Positions 9,970 to 18,230 of a stretch of DNA of 64,000 bases are shown piece after piece. The notes beneath the pieces were generated by a model that was not told the DNA's origin, made no database searches, and saw only the letters and a program-made list of their open reading frames with translations. Position 1 is the stretch's first letter; each line of letters starts with the position of its first letter. Location: the NCBI GenBank assembly GCA_964533295.1, contig CAZHLM010000001.1, positions 180,633 through 244,632 on the forward strand. The letters run 5' to 3'. A program made the position numbers and the translations under genes. Source of the stretch: an uncultured Verrucomicrobiota bacterium. Its GTDB lineage: Bacteria; Verrucomicrobiota; Verrucomicrobiia; Palsa-1439.

Positions 9970-10965
9970 GTGTCCCCGGGCATCCAGCGGGTGGGCCAGG
10001 CGCAACTGGAACGACTGGCCCAGCGAGATTTCGGGGTACCATTGGGCATGCACCCCGAGACGAGAACTTCGCTCCCACCCCTTGGAGGCGCCCGCGGTGA
10101 CTGGCGTTATCGCCTGCTTCGGTTCCATCTGCCCCTGGCGCTTGCGAGTGCCGGGGTCATTCTCCTCTGGCTGAGTGTTCCCCTCTTCCAGGCAGCCGGC
10201 CACCAGTCCCCGCCAGAGTCAGCCAGCCACACCGGCGCTCACCCGGCCTCGTCGGGAGCGGATCACGCCGGTGATCACCGATCGCCGCGGACAGGCTCCC
10301 AGACCGCCGGCCACCAAGGTCCAGGGCAGGCAGGCGGCGAGAACCCCGCAACGACCCATCCTGCGACGCAACCGGCCATTGTGGACGACCGCGTCTTCAT
10401 CGCGCGGTTCACCACCGCCAGCGGCTACGTCGCGCTGGGATGGCTGGCGCTCACGCTCCTCATCGGACCGGCCAACCTCCTGCTGGACAGGCGGAACCCT
10501 GTCTCAAGCTATCTGCGTCGCGACATAGGCGCATGGACGGCCATCGTCAGCCTGATCCACGTCATTGCCGGGTTCTTTGTGCACGGGCCCGCAGCGCCCT
10601 TCGGCGAACGGGTGCGCTTCTATTTCTCGACGCCCGACGGCAGGCTCTTGACCAACAGCTTTGGCCTGGGGAACTGGTCCGGGCTGGCCGCCACCCTGAT
10701 CGCGGTGGGATTGCTCGCGATTTCCAGCAACTTCGCCCTCGCGAAGCTCAAAGCGGGACCGTGGAAGTGGCTGCAGCGCCTGAACTACGCCTTGTTCCTG
10801 CTCGTCATTCTGCATGCGATTTATTACGGTGCACTGTCGCGGGTCACCACCCCCACGACGATCCTGCTGGGCCTCTTCGCCGGCGCGGTCTTCGCCGGAC
10901 AGATGCTGGGAGTTTGGCTGTGGCGGCGGAAGCGGGCGCGCACAACGGCCAGGCCGCCGGCGTGA
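9970..10965 (+). CDS. ferric-reductase-like transmembrane domain protein (MsrQ/YedZ family) with His-rich N-terminal segment; start uncertain
   Basis: Six-TM core with conserved His in TM helices and a WKWLQRLNYALFLLVILHAIYY motif resembling MsrQ. No msrP partner in the window. Confidence 0.45.
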   Translation: MSPGIQRVGQAQLERLAQRDFGVPLGMHPETRTSLPPLGGARGDWRYRLLRFHLPLALASAGVILLWLSVPLFQAAGHQSPPESASHTGAHPASSGADHAGDHRSPRTGSQTAGHQGPGQAGGENPATTHPATQPAIVDDRVFIARFTTASGYVALGWLALTLLIGPANLLLDRRNPVSSYLRRDIGAWTAIVSLIHVIAGFFVHGPAAPFGERVRFYFSTPDGRLLTNSFGLGNWSGLAATLIAVGLLAISSNFALAKLKAGPWKWLQRLNYALFLLVILHAIYYGALSRVTTPTTILLGLFAGAVFAGQMLGVWLWRRKRARTTARPPA

Positions 10966-12566
10966 GCGGCGTCGGCGCGAGCGACACGCCGTCCAGACCG
11001 GCGGCCTCGTGGTTGAATGAGCGGGGCGCAGCTCGCGAATCATCAAGAGCTTGATGGCCACACGGTTACCTGAAGCCGCGAAAGCCGTCCAGGCAACTCG
11101 AAAGCGTCGCGCCAGTTGATCGTGACTCTCGCCGGGTGGAAGAAGCGCTTGACAACCGGCTTGCTTGAGCAGACTCCTGCAGTATCCAGCACCCGTCTGG
11201 GATTAACTTGGACAGCGTGTGCTTAGCACGTCCTGGTGGTCTGGAGCAGAACGGCTTGCTGACCGGGCGCGGTAGTGGCATAAAGGGCGGCGAGGTCGCC
11301 AACGCCATTAAGGCGCATGAAGCCCCCCAGCGAACCCGTCAGTTGGGCGATCCCACAGGCAGCCATGAAGATGGCCCGGATCGGCGTGTGGCGGCGCAGG
11401 ACACCTGCCAGTGTCAGCAGACTGCCGCCTATCATCAGCCAGGCCACTGCGTCGAGGGTCATCGCCACGCGATACAGAGTGGGGTTGCGGACGGCCGGCA
11501 AGAGTTCTACACAGTCTGCTCCCAGAGCATTGTCCGATGCCTGCTGGCCGATGCTGCCGAAAATCACCATTGGGAGCGCAAGTGCCGTCAGCGCGGTTCC
11601 AGTGACCGGCGCGACAGGAAGCGCAGCCAGAGGGTGGAGTCAGCGCGGGTTTGTTCGAGGGACATTGGCTGCATAATGTTCTCCATCAGCGATTGTCAAA
11701 CTCTTTGGGCAGCATGAAATGGATGAATACCCAAATGGCTATCTGTTGGAGCGGTCAGATGACCATCCTGAGCAGCCGCCTCTATCATTTCAACATTACG
11801 CCATTGATTCTTGGTGATCTGGCTTCTGGCAGTGCTGACATTTTTATCACGGGCCGCGGCCGTTAAGGGATCAGGCACCCCCTGGGGCCTGCGTCTCTAT
11901 CCGCCGATATACCTCCTAGTGCTCAACGCCCTAACGATCCAACTATCCAAGGTGGTTTGCTATTCTTTTCGCCTTCGTCGTGCGACTAGGGATCGTGGGC
12001 GGGCGCCGGCGGCTCAGTGGTTGCGAATGTCGCGTCTGGGGCGCCCCGCTCGGCCGCCCGATGGGACGACCATTGGCTTCTTGCGTGACCGCGAGGATAA
12101 ACTCGACGTTTACCTGATGTAATCCAGATGGGACGGTGTCAAGCGGCTTATGGATGACCCTTCCCAAGATGTTTCTGCCTAGCAAATTGGTCGGGCCAAT
12201 ACAAGAACCGTCACTTCGGCCCTTTCTCCACCTCAGTAAACACAATAAGATTGTGTTTCCTTGCGTTATCATAAGAACGAGGCGAGTCCTGCGAACACAA
12301 GCTAACCAGTTGGCCCATGACTTTCACTTGACGGGTGCTTTTTGCGAGCCTACACTCTCCGCTACGGGAACGCGCCTAAACATCCCGCCACCGTCGTCTC
12401 GGGAAGCAAGCTACTGAGTTTTGAGAAAATAACTTGACACCCCGGCCGCAAAAAAAGGCCCAGACTAGGGCGTTTTGCGCATACCAGGTGTCAAATCATC
12501 GATTGAAATTCAGTAGCACCGCCGATCAAATCTCTCCTATCGGTCCTGAACACTGGAGGTGTTCCC

Positions 12567-13679
12567 ATGCATCACGAACCTGCGCCGAGGCCCGCGTTCG
12601 ACCCCCCTTACCGGTCGGAAGAGTTGGCGTCGCTACCGCCACTTCTTGCCACCGAACCACCGCCTGCAACGTCCGAAATTACAGTGGCCAGCGTCATGGT
12701 CTCCGGTGCTCACGGTGAGCCACACATCTCACACCGCATCACGCCGATTCACTCCGAGACAGGCGTGTACCGGGTTGACACCGTTCTCACCGGCGGCAAC
12801 TTCCACTCGCACCCGCGCGCCCTGAAGATACCCGGCCGTCGCTTCGACCCGACCCGAGTTTCTGTACCCGGCTGGTCGTCCGAGCCTTACCGACCCCGCT
12901 TCCGCGATCTGCGTTACGTACCGGCTGCCGCGGCCGCTCCCATGCCCCGGCAGGTCCGGACCCGGAAAGGGGTGGAACTGGAACCCTATATCATCTATCC
13001 ACCTGATCGCCGCTACGTGTTCGATGACACGTCGTATCCTTGGTGTACCGTTGGGGCGGTGTACTCAGTGAGTCTGGCCAGTGGCGTCTTGGTCGGACCG
13101 CGCCATATGCTGACCGCCAGCCATGCCATCGACTGGCAGCCCGATGGCAGTTTCGGACAGGTACGATTCGTGCCGGCCTCGTTCGACGCACAGGCGCGGT
13201 TTGGCACTGCGTATGCAACAGCCATCTACTACTATCGCCGGCTCGCCGGCGGCCCGCAGAACTCCGACGATGTGGCTGAGGATTATGTGGTGTGTGTGCT
13301 GGATACCCCGATGGGCGATCTGCTGGGCTGGATGGGTTCTCGGGTGTACGACGATGATTGGAACGACCAACCCTATTGGTCACACATTGGATACTCGATT
13401 GACATCGGCAATGGCGGGCTGCGACCGTCCTATCAGGATCAAGCTACTTTCGACGATGCCGACGGTCCGGGCTTCTTGGGGACCGGCGATGGCTTGGACA
13501 TGCGGACTCGGACAGGCGATGTCACCTATGGCGATTCGGGTGGCCCATTTTTCGAGTTCTGGCCCGATGGACCGTATGTCGTGGGTGTCACCAGCGCGGG
13601 CAGTCCAGTTGGTAACTGGTGCGGTGGCGGGGAGCCAATGGTGAACATGATCCGCCAGGCACGCCGCGACGATCCTTGA
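12567..13679 (+). CDS. trypsin-like (S1 family) serine protease with about 150-aa N-terminal pro-region, no signal peptide
   Basis: Catalytic triad context: His in LTASHAI, Asp in DYVVCVL, Ser in GDSGGPFF. No N-terminal hydrophobic signal. Preceded by an unusually low-GC intergenic region. Confidence 0.75.
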   Translation: MHHEPAPRPAFDPPYRSEELASLPPLLATEPPPATSEITVASVMVSGAHGEPHISHRITPIHSETGVYRVDTVLTGGNFHSHPRALKIPGRRFDPTRVSVPGWSSEPYRPRFRDLRYVPAAAAAPMPRQVRTRKGVELEPYIIYPPDRRYVFDDTSYPWCTVGAVYSVSLASGVLVGPRHMLTASHAIDWQPDGSFGQVRFVPASFDAQARFGTAYATAIYYYRRLAGGPQNSDDVAEDYVVCVLDTPMGDLLGWMGSRVYDDDWNDQPYWSHIGYSIDIGNGGLRPSYQDQATFDDADGPGFLGTGDGLDMRTRTGDVTYGDSGGPFFEFWPDGPYVVGVTSAGSPVGNWCGGGEPMVNMIRQARRDDP

Positions 13680-13913
13680 AGGCTTCTCTCGTTAGGAGGT
13701 GTAGCAATTTCAAAACTTCTTTGGTGCCTGTTTCGTGTCAGCCGGGATGGGACAGGTTGAGGGCTTGAGTAGAGGTCTTCCACATTTTCGTGTTCGAGCC
13801 ACATGCAGTAACCGAGCGGAGTAGATCCAGCTTGGCCCTGCCCGCGCGGCACATTTAGCGCTTTAGAAGCTTGAGTTTGTTGACCTGGCCTTCGGTTTGG
13901 CCGTTGCTCCAAG

Positions 13914-13952
13914 GTCAAGATCAGGCCGCCCGGACGGCGGCCTGATCTTGAC
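13914..13952. terminator. strong GC-rich stem-loop (17-bp perfect stem, 4-nt loop) between the convergent protease genes
   Basis: GTCAAGATCAGGCCGCC cgga CGGCGGCCTGATCTTGAC seen directly in sequence. No flanking T-run, so an intrinsic terminator is only one possibility. Confidence 0.35.
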
Positions 13953-14161
13953 GCAAACTAATCGCGATAGTCTTGAACTCCCGTACGTAAGGGTTCGGTA
14001 AGCTTTTGGGGTCCATCCTGTCGTACCCACAGCAGCTTGTGCTGCCATTCGGCACGCCAGGCCCTCCGCCGCCTCAGGGACCGGATCCTGGCGATCCCCT
14101 GGCCGCTGGTCGCCAGCTATATCCGCCGCCTGACTCGTTAAAGTCATCCGGCGCCTGGAGC

Positions 14162-15307
14162 TCAGGCCCAGTTGGCGTAGCCGTACTTCACTAGGTCCAC
14201 CATATGCTGGCCGCCGGCAAAAACCGAGTGGTCTTCGGTCACATGGAACCACCCCAGTGAGAACTCTTCCTCGTTCCCACTGGCGATGCCAACGACGCGC
14301 GGGTCCCGTCCAAACCAGCCGAAGAGCGGCCCGCCGGACCAGCCGCCCGGCAGGAACTCGGCCGTCTCGAGTTCCCGCCCATCCCCATCTGAGTCGACGT
14401 CCTCGATCCGCAGGTCGGGCGCAAGCATCGGCCGGTTATTATTGCTGCCCGGGTAACCGATCGACTGCCAGCCCGAGCGCCGGTAGCTGTCGTCATCAAA
14501 GTAATACCAAGTGCCCATCCAGCCCGCCTGGCGCCCGATCGGCTGGTACAGGCTGGCAATCACATAGTCGCGGCCGTGCACGTCGTCCTTTTCGGTCCGG
14601 ATGCCGCGCGCGTGCTGTACAAATGCGCTGCCAAAGGGCCGGGGGTTAGGATCGCCGTTCCGGAAGCCGGGGATGAATTCCATCGACCACTGTGTGGCCC
14701 CCCAGGGCACGGCGTGGCTGGCGGTCAGGATCAGGTTGGGCCCGACCAAAACCGCGCTCCCAATCTGGTCCAGCTGGCCTGGGACCCGCGCGATGACGCG
14801 CCCGACCGTGCACCACGGCCAGTTGCGCTCCGCCAGTTCTGCCGCCACCAGCCCGCCGTTGATCAGCTCCCGCTCGTGAGGCCCGGCCTGAATACCGCCC
14901 ACTACCACCGGGACCATTAGCACGCGCTGCGGGCGCGGGATGATCCGGGGGAGATAGCGCACGCCGAGCGAGCCAGGCCGGTAACTCTCCGGCAGGGGGA
15001 GGCGGCGGGCCTTCCGGATCAGGTCTCCCGGCTCGAGCCGGTCGGCCGAGGTCACAGGCTGGCCCAAGAAGAAAGAGTCGGTGCCCGGGCGAAGGCAGAC
15101 CTGCCAGCGGTTTTCGCCCAGCGCCTCCACGGCCGCCTGCGGCGTGCGGCCGCCCAGCACTGTCAGGCAGACCTCAGGTTTAGGCGTCGGCGGCCGGTCC
15201 TCGGTCGCTTCCTCCGGCTCGATCCAGGCGAGGTCATCCAGGGTCAGGAGCGGCGGTGCCTCGCCTTCGGACTTCGGCGAACGGCGGGCGGCCGCCAGCC
15301 AGACCAT
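14162..15307 (-). CDS. trypsin-like serine protease, paralog of 12567..13679 (conservative start at internal ATG 15307; frame is open to 15427)
   Basis: Same architecture as its paralog: WPWCTVGRV, LTASHAV, DYVIASL, and GGWSGGPLF in place of GDSGGP. The pro-region is also homologous (PPLLT...EPE...). No signal peptide. Confidence 0.7.
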   Translation of the reverse strand: MVWLAAARRSPKSEGEAPPLLTLDDLAWIEPEEATEDRPPTPKPEVCLTVLGGRTPQAAVEALGENRWQVCLRPGTDSFFLGQPVTSADRLEPGDLIRKARRLPLPESYRPGSLGVRYLPRIIPRPQRVLMVPVVVGGIQAGPHERELINGGLVAAELAERNWPWCTVGRVIARVPGQLDQIGSAVLVGPNLILTASHAVPWGATQWSMEFIPGFRNGDPNPRPFGSAFVQHARGIRTEKDDVHGRDYVIASLYQPIGRQAGWMGTWYYFDDDSYRRSGWQSIGYPGSNNNRPMLAPDLRIEDVDSDGDGRELETAEFLPGGWSGGPLFGWFGRDPRVVGIASGNEEEFSLGWFHVTEDHSVFAGGQHMVDLVKYGYANWA

Positions 15308-15356
15308 CTGCTTGGCCCGCTCGGGGCTATAGACGCTCGTGGTCAACTCCCAGCGC

Positions 15357-15706
15357 TCATCCAGGGGGAAAAAGCCCCCGCCCGCATGCCGCACAGTGGT
15401 AATACGCCCGTTCGACTTCGATCTCACCCGCCTCGGTCACGATCCGCCGCCGGCGTTTGCCCTTGGACTTCATCTTCCGGCCACACGCCGGGCAACTCGG
15501 CCAGACCGGCAACTCGGCGGCGCTCTCTTGGGCCAACGCGCTGGCAATCGCCTGCTCAATCGCCTGCCCCGCGCCCCGGGCCACCCGTTCAATATCAGCC
15601 AGGCTGGCTTCCCCGGGGGCCTTTCGCTCGGCCAGCGCCTGGGCCAGGGCGGCTTCTACCGCCGCCCGCAACCGGGCTTCCAATTCGGCTTTGCCCTCTC
15701 CCATCG
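15357..15706 (-). mobile_element. 5' remnant of an IS transposase gene (ISKra4-family-like zinc-ribbon N-terminus), no catalytic domain
   Basis: RBS AAGGAGG plus ATG 15706. The peptide CPACGRKMKSKGKRRRRIVTEAGEIEVERAYYHCAACGRGLF is followed, after a 1-nt slip in a T5C5 run at about 15363-15380, by PLDERWELTTSVYSPERAKQ. This Cys4 ribbon plus PLD...LGL...SP pattern is as remembered for ISKra4-type transposase N-termini. It then runs directly into the protease paralog. Confidence 0.45.
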
Positions 15707-15735
15707 GCGGCCTCCTTCGGCGTGAAGGCCGCAGT

Positions 15736-17850
15736 CTACTCCCGACCGGCCAAAATCTGCGAATGCACCCGCAGCAGCCGCGACGAATTCGCCAGGATGC
15801 CCAAATCCGGCAGAGATTGCGCGGCGGCGGCAAAGATGGGCGGCAGGAAGCCAAAGGCGGCCAGCGTCAGCCCCGCCACATTGTAAATGGCGGTGAAGAC
15901 CAGGTTCATTTTGACCACCTGCATCGTCCGCCGCGCGATGCGAAAGACCTCTGGAACAAGCGCCCAGTCGTCGCGCATCAGCGCGATGTGGGCGGCCTCG
16001 ATGGCGATGTCGGTTCCCGCCGCGCCCATTGCGATGCCCACATCTGCCTGCGCCAATGCCGGTGCATCGTTCACTCCGTCGCCCACCATCACCACAGTGC
16101 GGCCTTGCGCCTGATACGCTTTCACCACCGCAATCTTGTCTTCGGGGAGAAGATTGGCGCGATACCTTACGCTGAGCTTGTCAGCGAGCGCGGCAGCTGT
16201 GCGCTCGTTGTCACCGGTGAGCAGCTCAACTTGCGGCACACCTAAAGCGCGCACAGCGTTCAGTGCCGCAGGCACCTCGGGGCGCAGAGTATCGGCGGCA
16301 GCTAACACCCCCGCGAGTTCATCATTGCGCGCCACAAACAAGAGTGTCTTGCCCTGCGCTTCGAAAGCGTGGGCTATAGATAGCGACTCAGCCATGGGGA
16401 TGAGACGGCGGTTGCCCACCGTCACGATGCTTCCATCCACCTTCGCGCGCAGACCCATGCCGGGGATGGCTTCAAAATCTTGGGGTTCGGCCAACGGTAG
16501 ATTCCGGGCACGAGCCGCCACGCGCACCGCTTCGGCCAGCGGATGCTCCGAGTAGCGTTCGGCAGACCCGGCCAGCGCGAGCACCTCCGAGGTGGATAGT
16601 CCGTTCAATGGAATCACGTCGGTGATTTGCGGCTGGCCGAGGGTGAGCGTGCCGGTCTTGTCAATCAGGAGTACGTCGGCGTGCGCCAACGTCTCGATGT
16701 ATTTGCCGCCCTTGATGAGCAGGCCGCGCTTCGCGCCGGCCCCGATCGAGGCCAGCATCGCAATCGGCGTGGCCAGTGCGATGGAGCAGGAACACGCCAC
16801 GACCAGCACGGCGGCGGTGGACAACGGGTTGCGGCTGATGAGGAAAGTGATTGCGGCCAGGCCCGCGACCATCGGCAGATAATAGGCCGTGAACTTGTCG
16901 GCGAAGCGCTGCACATCGGCCCGGTGCGCTTCGGCCTCTTCTACCATCTTGATAACGCGACCAAAAGTGGTATCGGCCCCAACATGGGTGGCCCGGACTC
17001 GCAAACTGCCCAGCCTGGCAATGGTCGCGGCAAACACTCTCGCACCGGGGCCGGCCTCGACTGGCATGGACTCGCCCGTGATGGTTGCCTGATCCACGGT
17101 GGCCTGTCCCGACGTGACTTCGCCATCCACCGGGATTTTCTCACCAGGCCGGACGATGACGGTATCGCCGACGCTCACTTCGGTAATCGGAACTTCGATT
17201 TCTACACCATCCCGCTCGACGCGGGCCGTTTGCGGGGCCATCGCCGTCAGGTCTTTCACCGCGCGGCGGGCGCGTTCGGTGGTGAAGCTTTCGGCGTAAT
17301 CGCCGACGCGCATAAAGAAGACGACAACAGCGGCCGTCGCCCACTGCCCGATGGCCAGCGCGGCCAGCACGCCGAGTGTCATCAGCGTGTGTGAGGTGAC
17401 CTGCCGCTTGAGGGCGGCGCGCAGGACGTTGCGGAAGATGGGCCATCCGCCGAGGATGACCAACAGCACCCCGATGGGGAAAGGCACCAGTTCGGTGATG
17501 CGCTCGAACAGGCCCAGCCACTCGCCGACGACGATGACGAACAACACTGCACCGAACACGACGGCTAAGAGTGTGACCACCCGGCGAGTGAAATCGTTCA
17601 ACCCAGGCGGGGCAGCCGGCGTTGCGACTGACTCCGGCACCGAATAGTTTCCGGCGCTGGCGACGGCCTTGCGGAGGGCGGGCAAACTCACCCGCGCCGG
17701 GTCGAGCCGAATAACGGCTTTCTCGGAAGACAAAAAGACGTTGACGGACTCAACGCCCGGCACAGCGGCAATAGCGTGCTGGACATGCTGAGTGCATTCG
17801 GCGCAGTCCATACCAGCGATTGGAATCGTGAGGGTTTGAAGTTTATCCAT
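15736..17850 (-). CDS. P1B-type heavy-metal-translocating ATPase with CSC transmembrane metal motif and N-terminal HMA (GMDCAEC) domain
   Basis: HMA domain, DKTGTLT phosphorylation site, [10 protein letters not shown] hinge. The TM6 motif is [13 protein letters not shown] (CSC instead of CPC). Confidence 0.85.
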   Translation of the reverse strand: MDKLQTLTIPIAGMDCAECTQHVQHAIAAVPGVESVNVFLSSEKAVIRLDPARVSLPALRKAVASAGNYSVPESVATPAAPPGLNDFTRRVVTLLAVVFGAVLFVIVVGEWLGLFERITELVPFPIGVLLVILGGWPIFRNVLRAALKRQVTSHTLMTLGVLAALAIGQWATAAVVVFFMRVGDYAESFTTERARRAVKDLTAMAPQTARVERDGVEIEVPITEVSVGDTVIVRPGEKIPVDGEVTSGQATVDQATITGESMPVEAGPGARVFAATIARLGSLRVRATHVGADTTFGRVIKMVEEAEAHRADVQRFADKFTAYYLPMVAGLAAITFLISRNPLSTAAVLVVACSCSIALATPIAMLASIGAGAKRGLLIKGGKYIETLAHADVLLIDKTGTLTLGQPQITDVIPLNGLSTSEVLALAGSAERYSEHPLAEAVRVAARARNLPLAEPQDFEAIPGMGLRAKVDGSIVTVGNRRLIPMAESLSIAHAFEAQGKTLLFVARNDELAGVLAAADTLRPEVPAALNAVRALGVPQVELLTGDNERTAAALADKLSVRYRANLLPEDKIAVVKAYQAQGRTVVMVGDGVNDAPALAQADVGIAMGAAGTDIAIEAAHIALMRDDWALVPEVFRIARRTMQVVKMNLVFTAIYNVAGLTLAAFGFLPPIFAAAAQSLPDLGILANSSRLLRVHSQILAGRE

Positions 17851-18196
17851 GCGTGGGCTCCTGTGGGGAATTGTAGCGCGCGCATTCGGACACGCCCTTT
17901 GCCACGTCTACCAATAATTCATCGATGAGACGCAGGAATTGCCCGATGCGCCTGTCACTCAACTCATAGTAACCGGAGCGTCCCTGCGGTATCTCGATCA
18001 CGAGGCCGCAGTCGCGCAAACAGGCGATATGAGCAGAGACATCCGATTGTGCAAGGCCGGTTGCCTCTGCGATTTCGCTCACCGTCAATGGTCCGGCTCG
18101 GAGGGGCTCCAGGATTAAGAGCCGGGGCGGGTCGGCGAAGCCCCGTAACAGTTTGGTGCGCAGGTCTATGACTTCTCTGCTGGCGATAAGTCGCAT
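17843..18196 (-). CDS. ArsR/SmtB-family metalloregulator
   Basis: w[45 protein letters not shown]-terminal ECARYN. Translationally coupled (8-nt overlap) to the downstream ATPase. Confidence 0.75.
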   Translation of the reverse strand: MRLIASREVIDLRTKLLRGFADPPRLLILEPLRAGPLTVSEIAEATGLAQSDVSAHIACLRDCGLVIEIPQGRSGYYELSDRRIGQFLRLIDELLVDVAKGVSECARYNSPQEPTHG

Positions 18197-18230
18197 ACGC
18201 TCCTCAATCCCGTTGATATACTCTTCCTCC

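Noticed and set aside
11223-11570. 115-aa hydrophobic ORF on the minus strand
   Set aside because: No start context or family match. Ala/Gly/Leu-rich membrane-like ORFs arise by chance in GC-rich DNA. Not reported as a gene.
12434-12494. 8-bp inverted repeat TTGACACC/GGTGTCAA with 45-nt spacer as a regulator binding site
   Set aside because: The arms are too short and too widely spaced to distinguish from chance. It is mentioned only within the low-GC region finding.
15360-15390. Programmed ribosomal frameshift in the IS-transposase fragment
   Set aside because: The slip site is a T5C5 run, not a slippery heptamer of the A-AAA-AAG type. There is no downstream catalytic ORF to fuse to, so a homopolymer indel (error or decay) is more likely.
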